Shown piece after piece: positions 9,747 to 19,646 of a stretch of 64,000 nt of DNA. Within the stretch, counting starts at the first letter, position 1. Every line of letters starts with the position of its first letter. The DNA comes from a virus, in IMG/VR virus record IMGVR_UViG_3300030107_006096, positions 1 through 64,000 of that record. One strand, written 5' to 3'. The translations under genes were made by a program, and so were the position numbers. A model generated the notes under the pieces. That model did no database searches and was not told the origin of the DNA. It saw nothing but the letters and a program-made list of their open reading frames with translations.

Positions 9747-12515
9747 TTGGAATTTAGAAAAAGACATAACAACCAAGAAAAAAAGGTTAGAAGATCTGAT
9801 TACAGCACCAAGAAAAGTGGTGGTGAAAACAGATTAAATATGTCATATGAAAATGGATGGAGTGTTTCCCAAGAAAATCCATTAGTGCCACCTTCGTATC
9901 ATAAGCAAAATAATCGAGGGGCCCAAAAAAGTTTTCCGCCTCAAGTTTCAAATACTTGCAGGACTTCTGTTGAAAATATAAATCCAAATCCTGGCGAACA
10001 ATTGAATTTTACGCCACTTGAATGTAAAGCAGGAAGCAATCAAAGTAATCCGATGTTGGGCAGTTTCTGCTCAGATTTTCATCAGTGGAATGATCCTTTA
10101 ATTATTAATATGACTCCTAATGAAACCACTGCAATTTACATGGGAGGCAACTACGATGAAACTTGCAGTGACAAAGATTTAGGTGGAGCTTGTTGTAGCA
10201 CAGAGAATAGTACATGCACAGATGTTGCTGACGCAGAAGAATGTGCAGATCTAGGAGGCGATTATCAGGGAAGCGGAACTTCATGTGACGCAGAGGGAAT
10301 TTGCGAATATGATTTTGAAGGCGGAAAGTGTTGGTTCTTTGGGGGACATGATGGTTATGTTGAACATGAAACATATTCCGATTTCTCTACTCTCACAGGA
10401 TTCTATCACGGATATCCTAGCTTGACAATCGCCGAGGACGGAAGACCAGTACATCTTAGTGGCGGCCCAGGAGGAACAGAAAATCCTTATGCGTTTGAGA
10501 AAACTATTGGTGAATTAAGTTGGTTTGATATTGGTTGCTGGGATTCTGACATGGGAGCAACCAAAGAATTATGCGAACAATACTTCAATTTCACAAATGC
10601 AAATCTGGAGAGTCAGGAAGTTGTAGGTCTTTGGCTCACTGATCAAGAATTTTATGATAAAAGAAAATCTACTTTGATGGCCGTGCATAATTTAGAAGAA
10701 CCTGAGGCAGAAAGAAGAGCGATGTTGGATCTTACTGGTTATCCTGCTCCTCCTTTGCCATATGGAGTCGATGCTAATAATATTGAATTTCATGGTCTAC
10801 CTCCCGGTAATAGATGTTTTGATGGAAATCCTAGAAATTCTCAGGGCGGTTCATTGGCACATGTTCAATCACAAGGAATGTACCGAATATGGGCCCAAAA
10901 ATCAGACATGGCAAGATTTTTCCTTTCCTCGGGAATTCCTGAAAATTTAGTAACAATACCACCTGCTTTACGACCTAATTATGGTGACGCAGCAAACATG
11001 AAGGAGTTGTGGGATTTATGTCAAGAAGAAGGAGGAGACAAAAACTTACCTCACTTTGGTTTAGTAGGTATAGATGGTTTTACTAATCGTTATAATGATC
11101 AGATTTTACCATACAACAAACCATACTGTAGTAAGTATATCGATTACCTAAGTAGACTTTCTTATTCAGGACAAGAATTTAGAGATTATGATTACCTTGA
11201 TGAAGGTTTGCCTAATTATCTGTATGGATCGGAAGGATCATATAGGTCTTTCAGGTTCACAACTTGTGAACGTGAAGGGGGCTTTTGGGTAAACTGTCAT
11301 GTATGTCCCGCAGTTAACTGCGATGATCCTCCTCCCGGCGTTCCGAGAGAGTGCTGCGAAAATGCACAGTATTTTAGTTTTCCTTGGAAGAAGTCTGGGG
11401 CCGAAATTGTTCATGCCCCCACCAATCCTATGATGGTGCCTTGGGCAATTACATCTCATGATGTCCATGAGTGCGATGGCGAGGATTGTGGTCATTATGG
11501 AACTTGTCATATGGATGTGACTAGAGATCATTTGAAATGGAACATGGATAATCGTGTAACGGACGAGGGCCTCCTTCAGAGGGGTCCCGGACTTTATGAG
11601 TCATATTATGCAGACATTTATAACTTAGGAAGCCCAGGCGGAGTTGATGCTTCACCATACAATCTAACTCAAATACGTTTATGGTATTTGTTCGCCGGTT
11701 TTGGATTTGCACATATAATAGATGGATTTCTTTTTGGTTCTGATCAGCCAGAGTATCAATATGATGATCAAACTTGGATAAATTTCTTAAATACTTATAT
11801 AGAACAGTCATGTGATGAATGGGCTCAATACTATGGACCAGTGCATCCCAATAATATCTGTGTTAAATTTTGCCCCTATGCGGCCGCAGGCTCTCCGCCA
11901 GGATCTTTTAGGAATCTTCGCTTTCTTGATCCTTGGAATATTTATGGAGGGAATAATGGTTGGTATAGCTGGTTCCCAGGCTGTGAGAATCTTACTTTCT
12001 TCGGTGGCGTATTTGGGGATGCCGGTTGGGGATGGTCTCCTGGCTTTAATACTGCGGAAGAAGTCGAGGAATGGTATGAGACAATTTACGATATGCATGA
12101 TTGCCTTCGTACAGGTGGTATATATGAAACAACATCATGTAATAATATGGGAGGCCTGGATTGTGGTATCGGAGGTTGGGGCTGGTGGAGCCACTATTGG
12201 GATTATGCTTGGGGTCTAGTGGCGCCATGGGAGTTGGATTCGACATCTAACGGATATGCTTACAAGCGATCAAAGACTGGATATTTTCCGTATGATGGAC
12301 AAGGAAACCTCGATGAAACTGGAACAGGAACAAGCACAAATCGAATGGGATCTTGTTACTTAGCTGATGGTCGTTGCATGATGACAACAGAATGGATGTG
12401 TAACAATCATATAGAAAGAACTGTAGGACTTGAAGAAAGAGGATGGGAACCTCTTTCTAATTATAGTCAAAATTCTGACAATATTCCAAGTGCTTGTCCG
12501 CCTTATATTCCATAA
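9747..12515 (+). CDS. Cysteine-rich protein, paralog B (922 aa), TTG start
   Basis: AAGGAGA RBS before the TTG; N-terminus EFRKRHNNQE parallels KFRKRYNNQE of paralog A; shared CWDSDMGATKELCE, FHGLPPGNRCF and GSCYLAD blocks. Confidence 0.65.
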   Translation: MEFRKRHNNQEKKVRRSDYSTKKSGGENRLNMSYENGWSVSQENPLVPPSYHKQNNRGAQKSFPPQVSNTCRTSVENINPNPGEQLNFTPLECKAGSNQSNPMLGSFCSDFHQWNDPLIINMTPNETTAIYMGGNYDETCSDKDLGGACCSTENSTCTDVADAEECADLGGDYQGSGTSCDAEGICEYDFEGGKCWFFGGHDGYVEHETYSDFSTLTGFYHGYPSLTIAEDGRPVHLSGGPGGTENPYAFEKTIGELSWFDIGCWDSDMGATKELCEQYFNFTNANLESQEVVGLWLTDQEFYDKRKSTLMAVHNLEEPEAERRAMLDLTGYPAPPLPYGVDANNIEFHGLPPGNRCFDGNPRNSQGGSLAHVQSQGMYRIWAQKSDMARFFLSSGIPENLVTIPPALRPNYGDAANMKELWDLCQEEGGDKNLPHFGLVGIDGFTNRYNDQILPYNKPYCSKYIDYLSRLSYSGQEFRDYDYLDEGLPNYLYGSEGSYRSFRFTTCEREGGFWVNCHVCPAVNCDDPPPGVPRECCENAQYFSFPWKKSGAEIVHAPTNPMMVPWAITSHDVHECDGEDCGHYGTCHMDVTRDHLKWNMDNRVTDEGLLQRGPGLYESYYADIYNLGSPGGVDASPYNLTQIRLWYLFAGFGFAHIIDGFLFGSDQPEYQYDDQTWINFLNTYIEQSCDEWAQYYGPVHPNNICVKFCPYAAAGSPPGSFRNLRFLDPWNIYGGNNGWYSWFPGCENLTFFGGVFGDAGWGWSPGFNTAEEVEEWYETIYDMHDCLRTGGIYETTSCNNMGGLDCGIGGWGWWSHYWDYAWGLVAPWELDSTSNGYAYKRSKTGYFPYDGQGNLDETGTGTSTNRMGSCYLADGRCMMTTEWMCNNHIERTVGLEERGWEPLSNYSQNSDNIPSACPPYIP
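9849..9915 (+). repeat. 67-bp direct repeat, copy 2
   Basis: Identical to 5574..5640. Confidence 0.9.
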
Positions 12516-12552
12516 AAAGTTTTGTGTTGTTAATTAAGTTTTAATTATATCA

Positions 12553-12560
12553 ACTAAATA
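12553..12560 (+). promoter_or_regulatory. Putative late promoter variant (ACTAAATA)
   Basis: Intergenic, ~20 nt upstream of the ATG at 12580. Confidence 0.55.
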
Positions 12561-12579
12561 TAGTAAAAGGAAATAATTT

Positions 12580-14934
12580 ATGCCTCTTGGATATACAGCT
12601 TACTTTGGAACCAGTGCGTTAGTGCCTTATACTGGGCCTACTGGTTCTATTGGAAAACAGCCAAGAGGAAAAGATGGAACTGGTGGTGCTACAGGCGGAA
12701 CAGGAAACACAGGACCGAGAGGAATAACAGGTCCCACCGGAACCACAATTATTGGAACTTATCTTCAAGATGATCCTTCAAAACCTGCATATGGTTATCA
12801 TGTAATTGAATTTGGAACTATTGGTCCGGTTCTCGGAGGAAGTCGAGTTGTAGCGACTGCCGCTCCAAGAGGTCTTACAGGTAAATATGGAGTTGTGGTT
12901 GGAACCACGGCAAATATTGGAAATACCGGAGGCGGTCAAACAGGATTTGTTAGAGGATTTACTTGGGGAACATATAATCCAGTAACAGGAATTTGCGGCG
13001 GAACATTAAGTTTTGCTAGAATATGTGCCAGTGGAGACTTTGTTCTTTACTCAGATTCTTCTCTTGGAATAGGAACCGGCGATTCGGATACGATGATAGG
13101 AATCAGTGGTCCAGCAGCGGCATATTATGGAACAGTGATCGGACAGTCTGTTGGCGAAATTGCATATCTTTCAGATAGAAAAAATGCAAAGGACGCTTAT
13201 GGTTTAACTGCAAGTAGTGGTGCTACTGCTCTGAGTGGTTTGACTTGGGGAACAATAACAAGTAAATTTGTAAATCATTCTGAAAGATTTCATATTCATG
13301 GAAGCCCCTTAAATGGAGTTCAGAAAGATCCATTCTACATTTCAACTACCACCGGAAATGTTCACCTACTATATCCGCCGTTTAGATTAGATGGCATTAC
13401 TATGGACTTCCACACTTCCAAACATCCAATTACATATAAGCCACAATGGAGTGGAGATGATATCACGAATACGGGAAACACAGCGGAATATGGAGAGTCA
13501 ATTAATGTAACTCTGATTGTAGATGGTGGTCCTAGAGGAATTGCTTTCGGTGATGGTTTCTTCTTCACAGAGGAACCAAGTTTTACTCATGGAAGAGATA
13601 TTCTTAATTGCTTGAGTTATGATAACGGAAAGAATTGGTTCGTAACTATGGCAGGAGCAGGCTACGGTGTGTCCGGACCAAAGGAGTCTGAAGCAGCCGT
13701 AGGATCTTGTTGTAATACAGAGTTACAAGACTGTCAAGATTTTGTAAGAAAATCAGAGTGTCCATCAAATTATAGTTGGTTAGAAAATGTATCTTGTGCT
13801 TCTAGGCCTCATTGTGTTGCAACAGAAGATATAGATACAGTTTGGGGTTCATGTTGTGTAAATAAAAACACAGAAACAGAATCTACAGAATCTTTATGCG
13901 TAGGTGGTCTTGGCCCATTAGATGATCCTAATTATATGACTCAAGAAAAGTGCGAAAGGTTTGGAGGACTGTTTAGAAGATTTGTTCCTTGCGATCCAGA
14001 GTTATATCCATGTGGAGATCCATGTGATGAAAACTTTGGCAAACTTGGAGCTTGTTGTGAATATGATGCAAATGGACAGAGTGTTGGTTGTTCTCGTTTG
14101 ACTGCGTTTGAGTGTGGATTGTTGCTTGAAGCACCAGCATTTACCGTATATAACGGAGATAATACTTTCTGCACAAACAGTTCATGTTGTCAACATGAAT
14201 TACAGGTTGGAGCTTGTTGTCTTGGAGAAAATTCTTGTTTAGATCAGGTGAAACCAATTGAATGTGTAAATACGTTTAATGGAACATACATGGGTCACAA
14301 TACTAGTTGTGAAACTGTTTCTTGTACATGTCCGCCTGAAAATGAAATAGGTCCAGGCTATTGTATAGCGTGTTATAGGGCCCTTGGAGGAATTGAAGAA
14401 TGTCACTGTTGTAATCACGTGCCGGTAGATGGTTGTATTCGTTATGAAGTATATGGTTATGATTATGCAGATACAGTATTAGGTTATAGTTGTAGTGATA
14501 TTGATCAAACAAATTGGGGACAAGATACTGAAGGTATATTTGATACCTCTCTACCACAGCACCCAGTCATTCAAGAAGAATATCAGGATCCAATTGTAAT
14601 AATGGGAACATGTTGTTATACTTTCTTCACAGAAGATGAAGATACAGGCGAACAAACCGTTCACTTAAATTGTGAAGGAAATGTTCCAAAGGGAGACGAT
14701 GGAAATGATGCCGGATCTTGTTACGCTCTTTGGGCTGGAGGAAATAATGGTGAATTTGATCCTCAAGCCAAAATAGACTGGTGGTGGAATGAAGAAACAT
14801 GTTCATGTGTCGATCCTTGTTATGGAACTGCTGGTGATGTAGGACTTCCCGGTTCAGATTGTTCATGTCGTCCTTATGATTTAGATACTGGATGTTTCAC
14901 GCCTGAAACTGGAAATTGTGAACCATTAGAGTAG
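12580..14934 (+). CDS. Putative tail fibre/whisker-like protein: collagen-like G-x-T N-terminus, C-terminal G[AST]CC repeats
   Basis: GPTG...GATGGTGNTGPRGITGPTG triplets; DILNCLSYDNGKNWF segment resembles phage fibre domains; five G[AST]CC motifs. Confidence 0.6.
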   Translation: MPLGYTAYFGTSALVPYTGPTGSIGKQPRGKDGTGGATGGTGNTGPRGITGPTGTTIIGTYLQDDPSKPAYGYHVIEFGTIGPVLGGSRVVATAAPRGLTGKYGVVVGTTANIGNTGGGQTGFVRGFTWGTYNPVTGICGGTLSFARICASGDFVLYSDSSLGIGTGDSDTMIGISGPAAAYYGTVIGQSVGEIAYLSDRKNAKDAYGLTASSGATALSGLTWGTITSKFVNHSERFHIHGSPLNGVQKDPFYISTTTGNVHLLYPPFRLDGITMDFHTSKHPITYKPQWSGDDITNTGNTAEYGESINVTLIVDGGPRGIAFGDGFFFTEEPSFTHGRDILNCLSYDNGKNWFVTMAGAGYGVSGPKESEAAVGSCCNTELQDCQDFVRKSECPSNYSWLENVSCASRPHCVATEDIDTVWGSCCVNKNTETESTESLCVGGLGPLDDPNYMTQEKCERFGGLFRRFVPCDPELYPCGDPCDENFGKLGACCEYDANGQSVGCSRLTAFECGLLLEAPAFTVYNGDNTFCTNSSCCQHELQVGACCLGENSCLDQVKPIECVNTFNGTYMGHNTSCETVSCTCPPENEIGPGYCIACYRALGGIEECHCCNHVPVDGCIRYEVYGYDYADTVLGYSCSDIDQTNWGQDTEGIFDTSLPQHPVIQEEYQDPIVIMGTCCYTFFTEDEDTGEQTVHLNCEGNVPKGDDGNDAGSCYALWAGGNNGEFDPQAKIDWWWNEETCSCVDPCYGTAGDVGLPGSDCSCRPYDLDTGCFTPETGNCEPLE

Positions 14935-14945
14935 AGGAGTAATAT

Positions 14946-17009
14946 ATGCCTGTGAAAACAAATAAAACTAGAAGACGACCTTTTGGATCGTGCTGCATAT
15001 ATCCCTTAGAAAATTCTTGCACAACAGAATTAGATTTTTCATGTTTCAATGTTACATCATCAACATGTAATAATATAAAAGAAAAATTAGAAAGACAATA
15101 TGGTTATGGTTCTTATGGTGTAAACTTTACAGAAGGAAAGTGCTGTTGCAGTACTGAAGATTGTGGAGGATCAACAAAAGCTCCACCGAAAGATTTTATA
15201 GGTCTTAATTTCAATCAATGTATGACAAAACTTAACGGTCCAAATGCATTTGAATGCGGCGGACCTTGTAAAGATAATGATTGTCAGTATAGAAGAACTG
15301 GCTCTGGATATGATTGTGTTTTTGATTGTAACTGTTCAGCAGTCAGTTCAAACAATACAAATGACGACTCTGCTTTTGTTCAAAATGAATGTTGCTCATG
15401 TAATCCTGATTGCAACTCTAGTAAGTCTAAAAATAATTTCTGTTCTACAACAGAGTCTAATTGTGAAACCTCTTGTGAAAATTGTCCTCCTATTGCATTC
15501 GTTCCGGGAGGCGCTTGTTGTTGTCAGGACGCATCGTCTAATGGTTTTCCTTCATGCGATGATTGCATCTCATGTTCATATACCACAGAAATGCAATGCA
15601 GAGAAATACAAAATCATCCAAATGATTGCGAAAATCCGTTAGGACAACCGGGTTCATATCCATGTAATTGTACATTTTATCCTGAACAGACTTGTAATGA
15701 AACAGGAGTTACAGGATGTGTGGGATATAATGGCACAGATGAAGAAAAATATACCCCATTGATAGTGCCTGTTCTTGGAACGCGAGTCCCTCCAAAAATG
15801 ATTTCAGTATCAGGAATAACTCCAGTTCCAGTTTCAAGAGAACAATTATCAGGAATTTTATGCTCGAATGGAGATTGTCAAGTCATATACGATTTATATG
15901 AGTACATAATGGAAAATGGAACATTTCCTCCCCAGATAGATTCAAATGAAAACTATCAATACTTCTTACCTTATGTTCCTGAGATTTATTCAGAACTTGA
16001 AAGGACAATTCTTCCGACTAATCAGAATGGCAGAGAACATTTCTGTCAAATGGCAACAATTGGAGGTCATGGAATAAACAGAAAACTGACACCAGAAGAA
16101 ATGGCTAACAATCATTCATTGGTATCTGTGGATCATTTCAAAGCAATGTGGTCTGTTTATGAAGCAGAGAAAACAATAACACATTCTGACCCTGCTGGAA
16201 AATATGACTGGTTCCCCGGTTCAAGTGATGTGGATGGTCATTGTGGATGCTCGAATCCATATGTCGGAGATTCTATGCAATCTGCGGCAGTATATTTCCC
16301 GGTTACTGTTTCTCCTATATCTGGTGGAAATTGTATAAATATTCGTGTTCCCAAACATACTGAACATTTTGTTGCGAGAAAACTGGGAGGAATTGTTAGT
16401 GGCGAATCTTGTCCTATTGAGGACAGGGCGAGAGAATACAATAAATTTGGAAACAACAAAAAAATAGAAAATGAAATTGGTGGAGAACAAACAAGAATAG
16501 CAAAACAAAAAATGATGGGGCCTTCTGGTTTATGTTTATTAGAAGATGGAACTTTTGTTGATTGTGATAGATCCTACTGTGAAGAAGGACTTGGTGGAAC
16601 TTTTAGAGAGAAAAAAACAATTCCTAATGAATATATTAAACACACTTTTGGCAACAATGGAATAAATTTCCGAAGAAGAGATATCATCTCTTCTAGAAGA
16701 GAGGGGCCGCCTGGTGGATGGGAACCAGAGTTCATGGCGCATTGTGTTGTTTCTAATCAAACATATGATAGTTGTAAAAACTGTGTAACACAGCAAAGAA
16801 AAACATGTACTGATAAATGCATGGATTTGCCTAGCAAGGAACGTGCTGCATGTGGAAAATATTGTAGATGTGAGGAAGCAAAATATCTATTAGAATGTTG
16901 GAAAAGTAATGGAAAGCCGGCAGGGAAAAAGAATAAAATTTGTAGGAAAATCTCCTCGAACTGTGGACGCAATTATCCTACTCCACCAGAATGTAAGGCG
17001 GGAATATAA
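14946..17009 (+). CDS. Cysteine-rich G[AS]CC-repeat protein (687 aa)
   Basis: GAGGAG RBS; GSCC, GKCCC and GACCC motifs; C-terminal Cx3C-spaced basic region. Confidence 0.65.
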   Translation: MPVKTNKTRRRPFGSCCIYPLENSCTTELDFSCFNVTSSTCNNIKEKLERQYGYGSYGVNFTEGKCCCSTEDCGGSTKAPPKDFIGLNFNQCMTKLNGPNAFECGGPCKDNDCQYRRTGSGYDCVFDCNCSAVSSNNTNDDSAFVQNECCSCNPDCNSSKSKNNFCSTTESNCETSCENCPPIAFVPGGACCCQDASSNGFPSCDDCISCSYTTEMQCREIQNHPNDCENPLGQPGSYPCNCTFYPEQTCNETGVTGCVGYNGTDEEKYTPLIVPVLGTRVPPKMISVSGITPVPVSREQLSGILCSNGDCQVIYDLYEYIMENGTFPPQIDSNENYQYFLPYVPEIYSELERTILPTNQNGREHFCQMATIGGHGINRKLTPEEMANNHSLVSVDHFKAMWSVYEAEKTITHSDPAGKYDWFPGSSDVDGHCGCSNPYVGDSMQSAAVYFPVTVSPISGGNCINIRVPKHTEHFVARKLGGIVSGESCPIEDRAREYNKFGNNKKIENEIGGEQTRIAKQKMMGPSGLCLLEDGTFVDCDRSYCEEGLGGTFREKKTIPNEYIKHTFGNNGINFRRRDIISSRREGPPGGWEPEFMAHCVVSNQTYDSCKNCVTQQRKTCTDKCMDLPSKERAACGKYCRCEEAKYLLECWKSNGKPAGKKNKICRKISSNCGRNYPTPPECKAGI

Positions 17010-19646
17010 ATGAGTATTCAATTTAGAACAAGATCCGAAACATTTAAAATTGATCCAGAAACTTTAACTGGAGCATGTTGTAATTTTGATGGCACTTGTT
17101 CAGTCGAAACTCTTAAAAAGTGTTATGAAAACGGAGGAAGATTTAATCCAAATCAATCTTGCGAAAAAGTAGATTGCGATAGAGGCGTTTGTTGCAAAGA
17201 AGGACTTTGTTATAGTGTAACACGCTTGCAATGTGAAGCCATGGATGGTTTTTGGGCAGGACAAGAATTTGATTGTCATTCATATGATTGTTGTTCTAGT
17301 TCTGTAAATACGAGAGCAGAATTGCAAGCATGTTGTTTTGGTGTTATGGATCAATCTACAATAGATTCGAACGAGTCATTTGTTTGTAAAGATCTAAAAC
17401 CTTGCGAATGTTTGAATGTTGGAGGAACACCAAGAGGTCCAAGTTCAAATTGTGCAACAGTTACAGCAGCAGGAGGTTGTGGAGTAACAGGTGCAACTTC
17501 TTATGGCGTTTGTTGCACTGATGGAATTTGCAGAGACAAAGCTCCTCAAGATGATGATTTATACGGAAAGGGTTATACTCCGGGCGATTGTTCTGCTCTT
17601 GGAGGTTACTGGGGTGGCTCTGGAAGCACATGCGGATCCGGAACATCTTTCGATACATCATGGCCTTGTTCATGGCCTACAGGAGCATGTTGTTTTGGAC
17701 AGAATCCTGTTGGTGGTATAACATACTGCGACAACGGTAAAACATATGGTAGTTGTTTAGATCCAGAACCAGGCGGCTCTGGAGGCGGAGCTTGGCAAAT
17801 TGGCGTGACTTGTGGCGAAATAGGATCCATTGATGGAGTAAATTGTGCGGCTCCAAGATCTGGAGTTTGTTGTATTCCAGAAAGATTCACCATAAATGGA
17901 AAACAATATACTTATGATTATATCTGTTATCATACCACAGCCACTGCATGTCCCAGAGAAATAGGATCTTTTGTTGATGACGTTGATGGCGATGTGCCAA
18001 ATTGCGAAACATTTGATTGTTGTGAGTATCATGCAGGAGACGAACCTCTTTTCTGTGATGTGGATGAGAATTGTGATTTGTTGAATCCGCCGCCGGATGG
18101 GTTTAAAAATTGTTGCTGCGATGGAATATGTCATCAATTTCAAAATGATTTATCACAACCATGCGAAACATATTGTTCTTCAGTTGAAGAAGAAACATAT
18201 GAATATTGCACATATGGTCCGAACGGAAGATGTTGTCAAACAAATACAGCAACAGGAGAAATAACCTGTAGCAATTTGACTGCATATGAGTGTCACTTGA
18301 TTGGATCTGATCCTAATAATGACATTTCAATTATTTTCGAAGAAACTGATTCTGAAGATCCTTGTTCAGAAGATGGCGCTTGTGGAATAGTAGCAGACAA
18401 AGCATGTTGTTGTGTTTGGAGAAGTGATGGGACTTATTTTGAATCTTTCGATATTGAACTTGATCAGCCGTGTCCTCCAGTGGAATACAATAACAACAGA
18501 TACTTTTCTCAGTTGAAATATTCAGATTGTCAAACATCATCTTGTGAAAACATTTCCATAGGAGCTTGTTGTAAGGGTAGTCAATGTTTAAACACAACTA
18601 GATCTAGATGTTCTGAAATTGTTGGAACTTTTTATGAAAATTCAGATTGTAATAATTGTGAGGGCCTTCCTTGTTGTTTTGCACAATCAAATACTAAATA
18701 TGCATGTGGAATACCAGACATAACTGGCACTCCAACCGAAGGAGGGGGAGGAGGAGTGTCTTGTATTGACTATTTGTCATTCCCATCTATGGATTTCAGT
18801 GATGAATTTATCTTCGATATATATGGCTTATATAGACCTGATTTAGAGATAGATCAAATTTATCTACATCAAAATGACTTAACATGTGAATCTTGCACAT
18901 CTGATTGTGGAAGGGGAAGAGGAAATTGTTGTTGGTATGGACATTGCATTCCGAACGTAAGAGAGAGTGAATGTTTATCTTATGGTGGACAATATTCAAA
19001 TTGCACAGGCGAACCGTTTAGAAATATAGAAGAGTCCTTATCTATAGATAATCCTTGCACCGATGAAGTTTGCAATGAAAGAATAGGATCTTTTCCGAAA
19101 GCTCCGATCAATTTAAGAGCAAACTCCACTCATGGAACCGAGGGAATTGAATTTAGAAGAGGGAGGACCGATTCTCGTTCAGCTTACAATAACGAATACG
19201 CTTTAAGCGGTGAAAATCAGCACTTAACTTCAACTCCTCCTCACGTTAGATTAACATGGGATGATGAATATGTTGAAGGTGGGTATAGAAATAGAAGAAG
19301 AATGACTGGCATTCCTTGTGTAAACAATAATAAGATTGGCTGTGAAAAACCATCTGTACTAGGAACATGTTGTGTTATGGAGACTTGTGAAAACTTAGAT
19401 GATTTTGATGGAACTGAAAGATGTTATCGTTGTTATGAAAATAAATCAGAATGTGAGTGTGCAGAATTGGCAGGTTCCTCAGTTTGTAATTCTGTCAGAA
19501 ACAATCAAATGTACATGTGGAACAAAGATAAACCCAAATGCTCTGATTGTTCATGTAATGATCCCGAGGAAAAATTATATCAAGTGAATGATTGTGAAGA
19601 AAACAAAATAAATAGGCCTGATGAGATAAGACTAGGAGATCAATAA
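17010..19646 (+). CDS. Cysteine-rich GxCC tandem-repeat protein (878 aa) with a partial FN3-like segment
   Basis: About a dozen xxCC-x-C-x-C-x-GG-x-F/W-x-C units; PKAPINLRA...VRLTWD near the C-terminus. Confidence 0.65.
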   Translation: MSIQFRTRSETFKIDPETLTGACCNFDGTCSVETLKKCYENGGRFNPNQSCEKVDCDRGVCCKEGLCYSVTRLQCEAMDGFWAGQEFDCHSYDCCSSSVNTRAELQACCFGVMDQSTIDSNESFVCKDLKPCECLNVGGTPRGPSSNCATVTAAGGCGVTGATSYGVCCTDGICRDKAPQDDDLYGKGYTPGDCSALGGYWGGSGSTCGSGTSFDTSWPCSWPTGACCFGQNPVGGITYCDNGKTYGSCLDPEPGGSGGGAWQIGVTCGEIGSIDGVNCAAPRSGVCCIPERFTINGKQYTYDYICYHTTATACPREIGSFVDDVDGDVPNCETFDCCEYHAGDEPLFCDVDENCDLLNPPPDGFKNCCCDGICHQFQNDLSQPCETYCSSVEEETYEYCTYGPNGRCCQTNTATGEITCSNLTAYECHLIGSDPNNDISIIFEETDSEDPCSEDGACGIVADKACCCVWRSDGTYFESFDIELDQPCPPVEYNNNRYFSQLKYSDCQTSSCENISIGACCKGSQCLNTTRSRCSEIVGTFYENSDCNNCEGLPCCFAQSNTKYACGIPDITGTPTEGGGGGVSCIDYLSFPSMDFSDEFIFDIYGLYRPDLEIDQIYLHQNDLTCESCTSDCGRGRGNCCWYGHCIPNVRESECLSYGGQYSNCTGEPFRNIEESLSIDNPCTDEVCNERIGSFPKAPINLRANSTHGTEGIEFRRGRTDSRSAYNNEYALSGENQHLTSTPPHVRLTWDDEYVEGGYRNRRRMTGIPCVNNNKIGCEKPSVLGTCCVMETCENLDDFDGTERCYRCYENKSECECAELAGSSVCNSVRNNQMYMWNKDKPKCSDCSCNDPEEKLYQVNDCEENKINRPDEIRLGDQ

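Noticed and set aside
5574-9915. CRISPR array, att sites or terminal repeats
   Set aside because: Repeats are in-frame coding blocks of paralogs or a coding microsatellite; no regular repeat-spacer pattern, cas gene or integrase seen.
5574-12430. Diversity-generating retroelement TR/VR pair
   Set aside because: Mismatches between paralog blocks include many C/T third-position changes and are not adenine-specific; no reverse transcriptase in the window.
12516-12556. AT-rich imperfect inverted repeat as a terminator
   Set aside because: Weak stem and no following U-tract.
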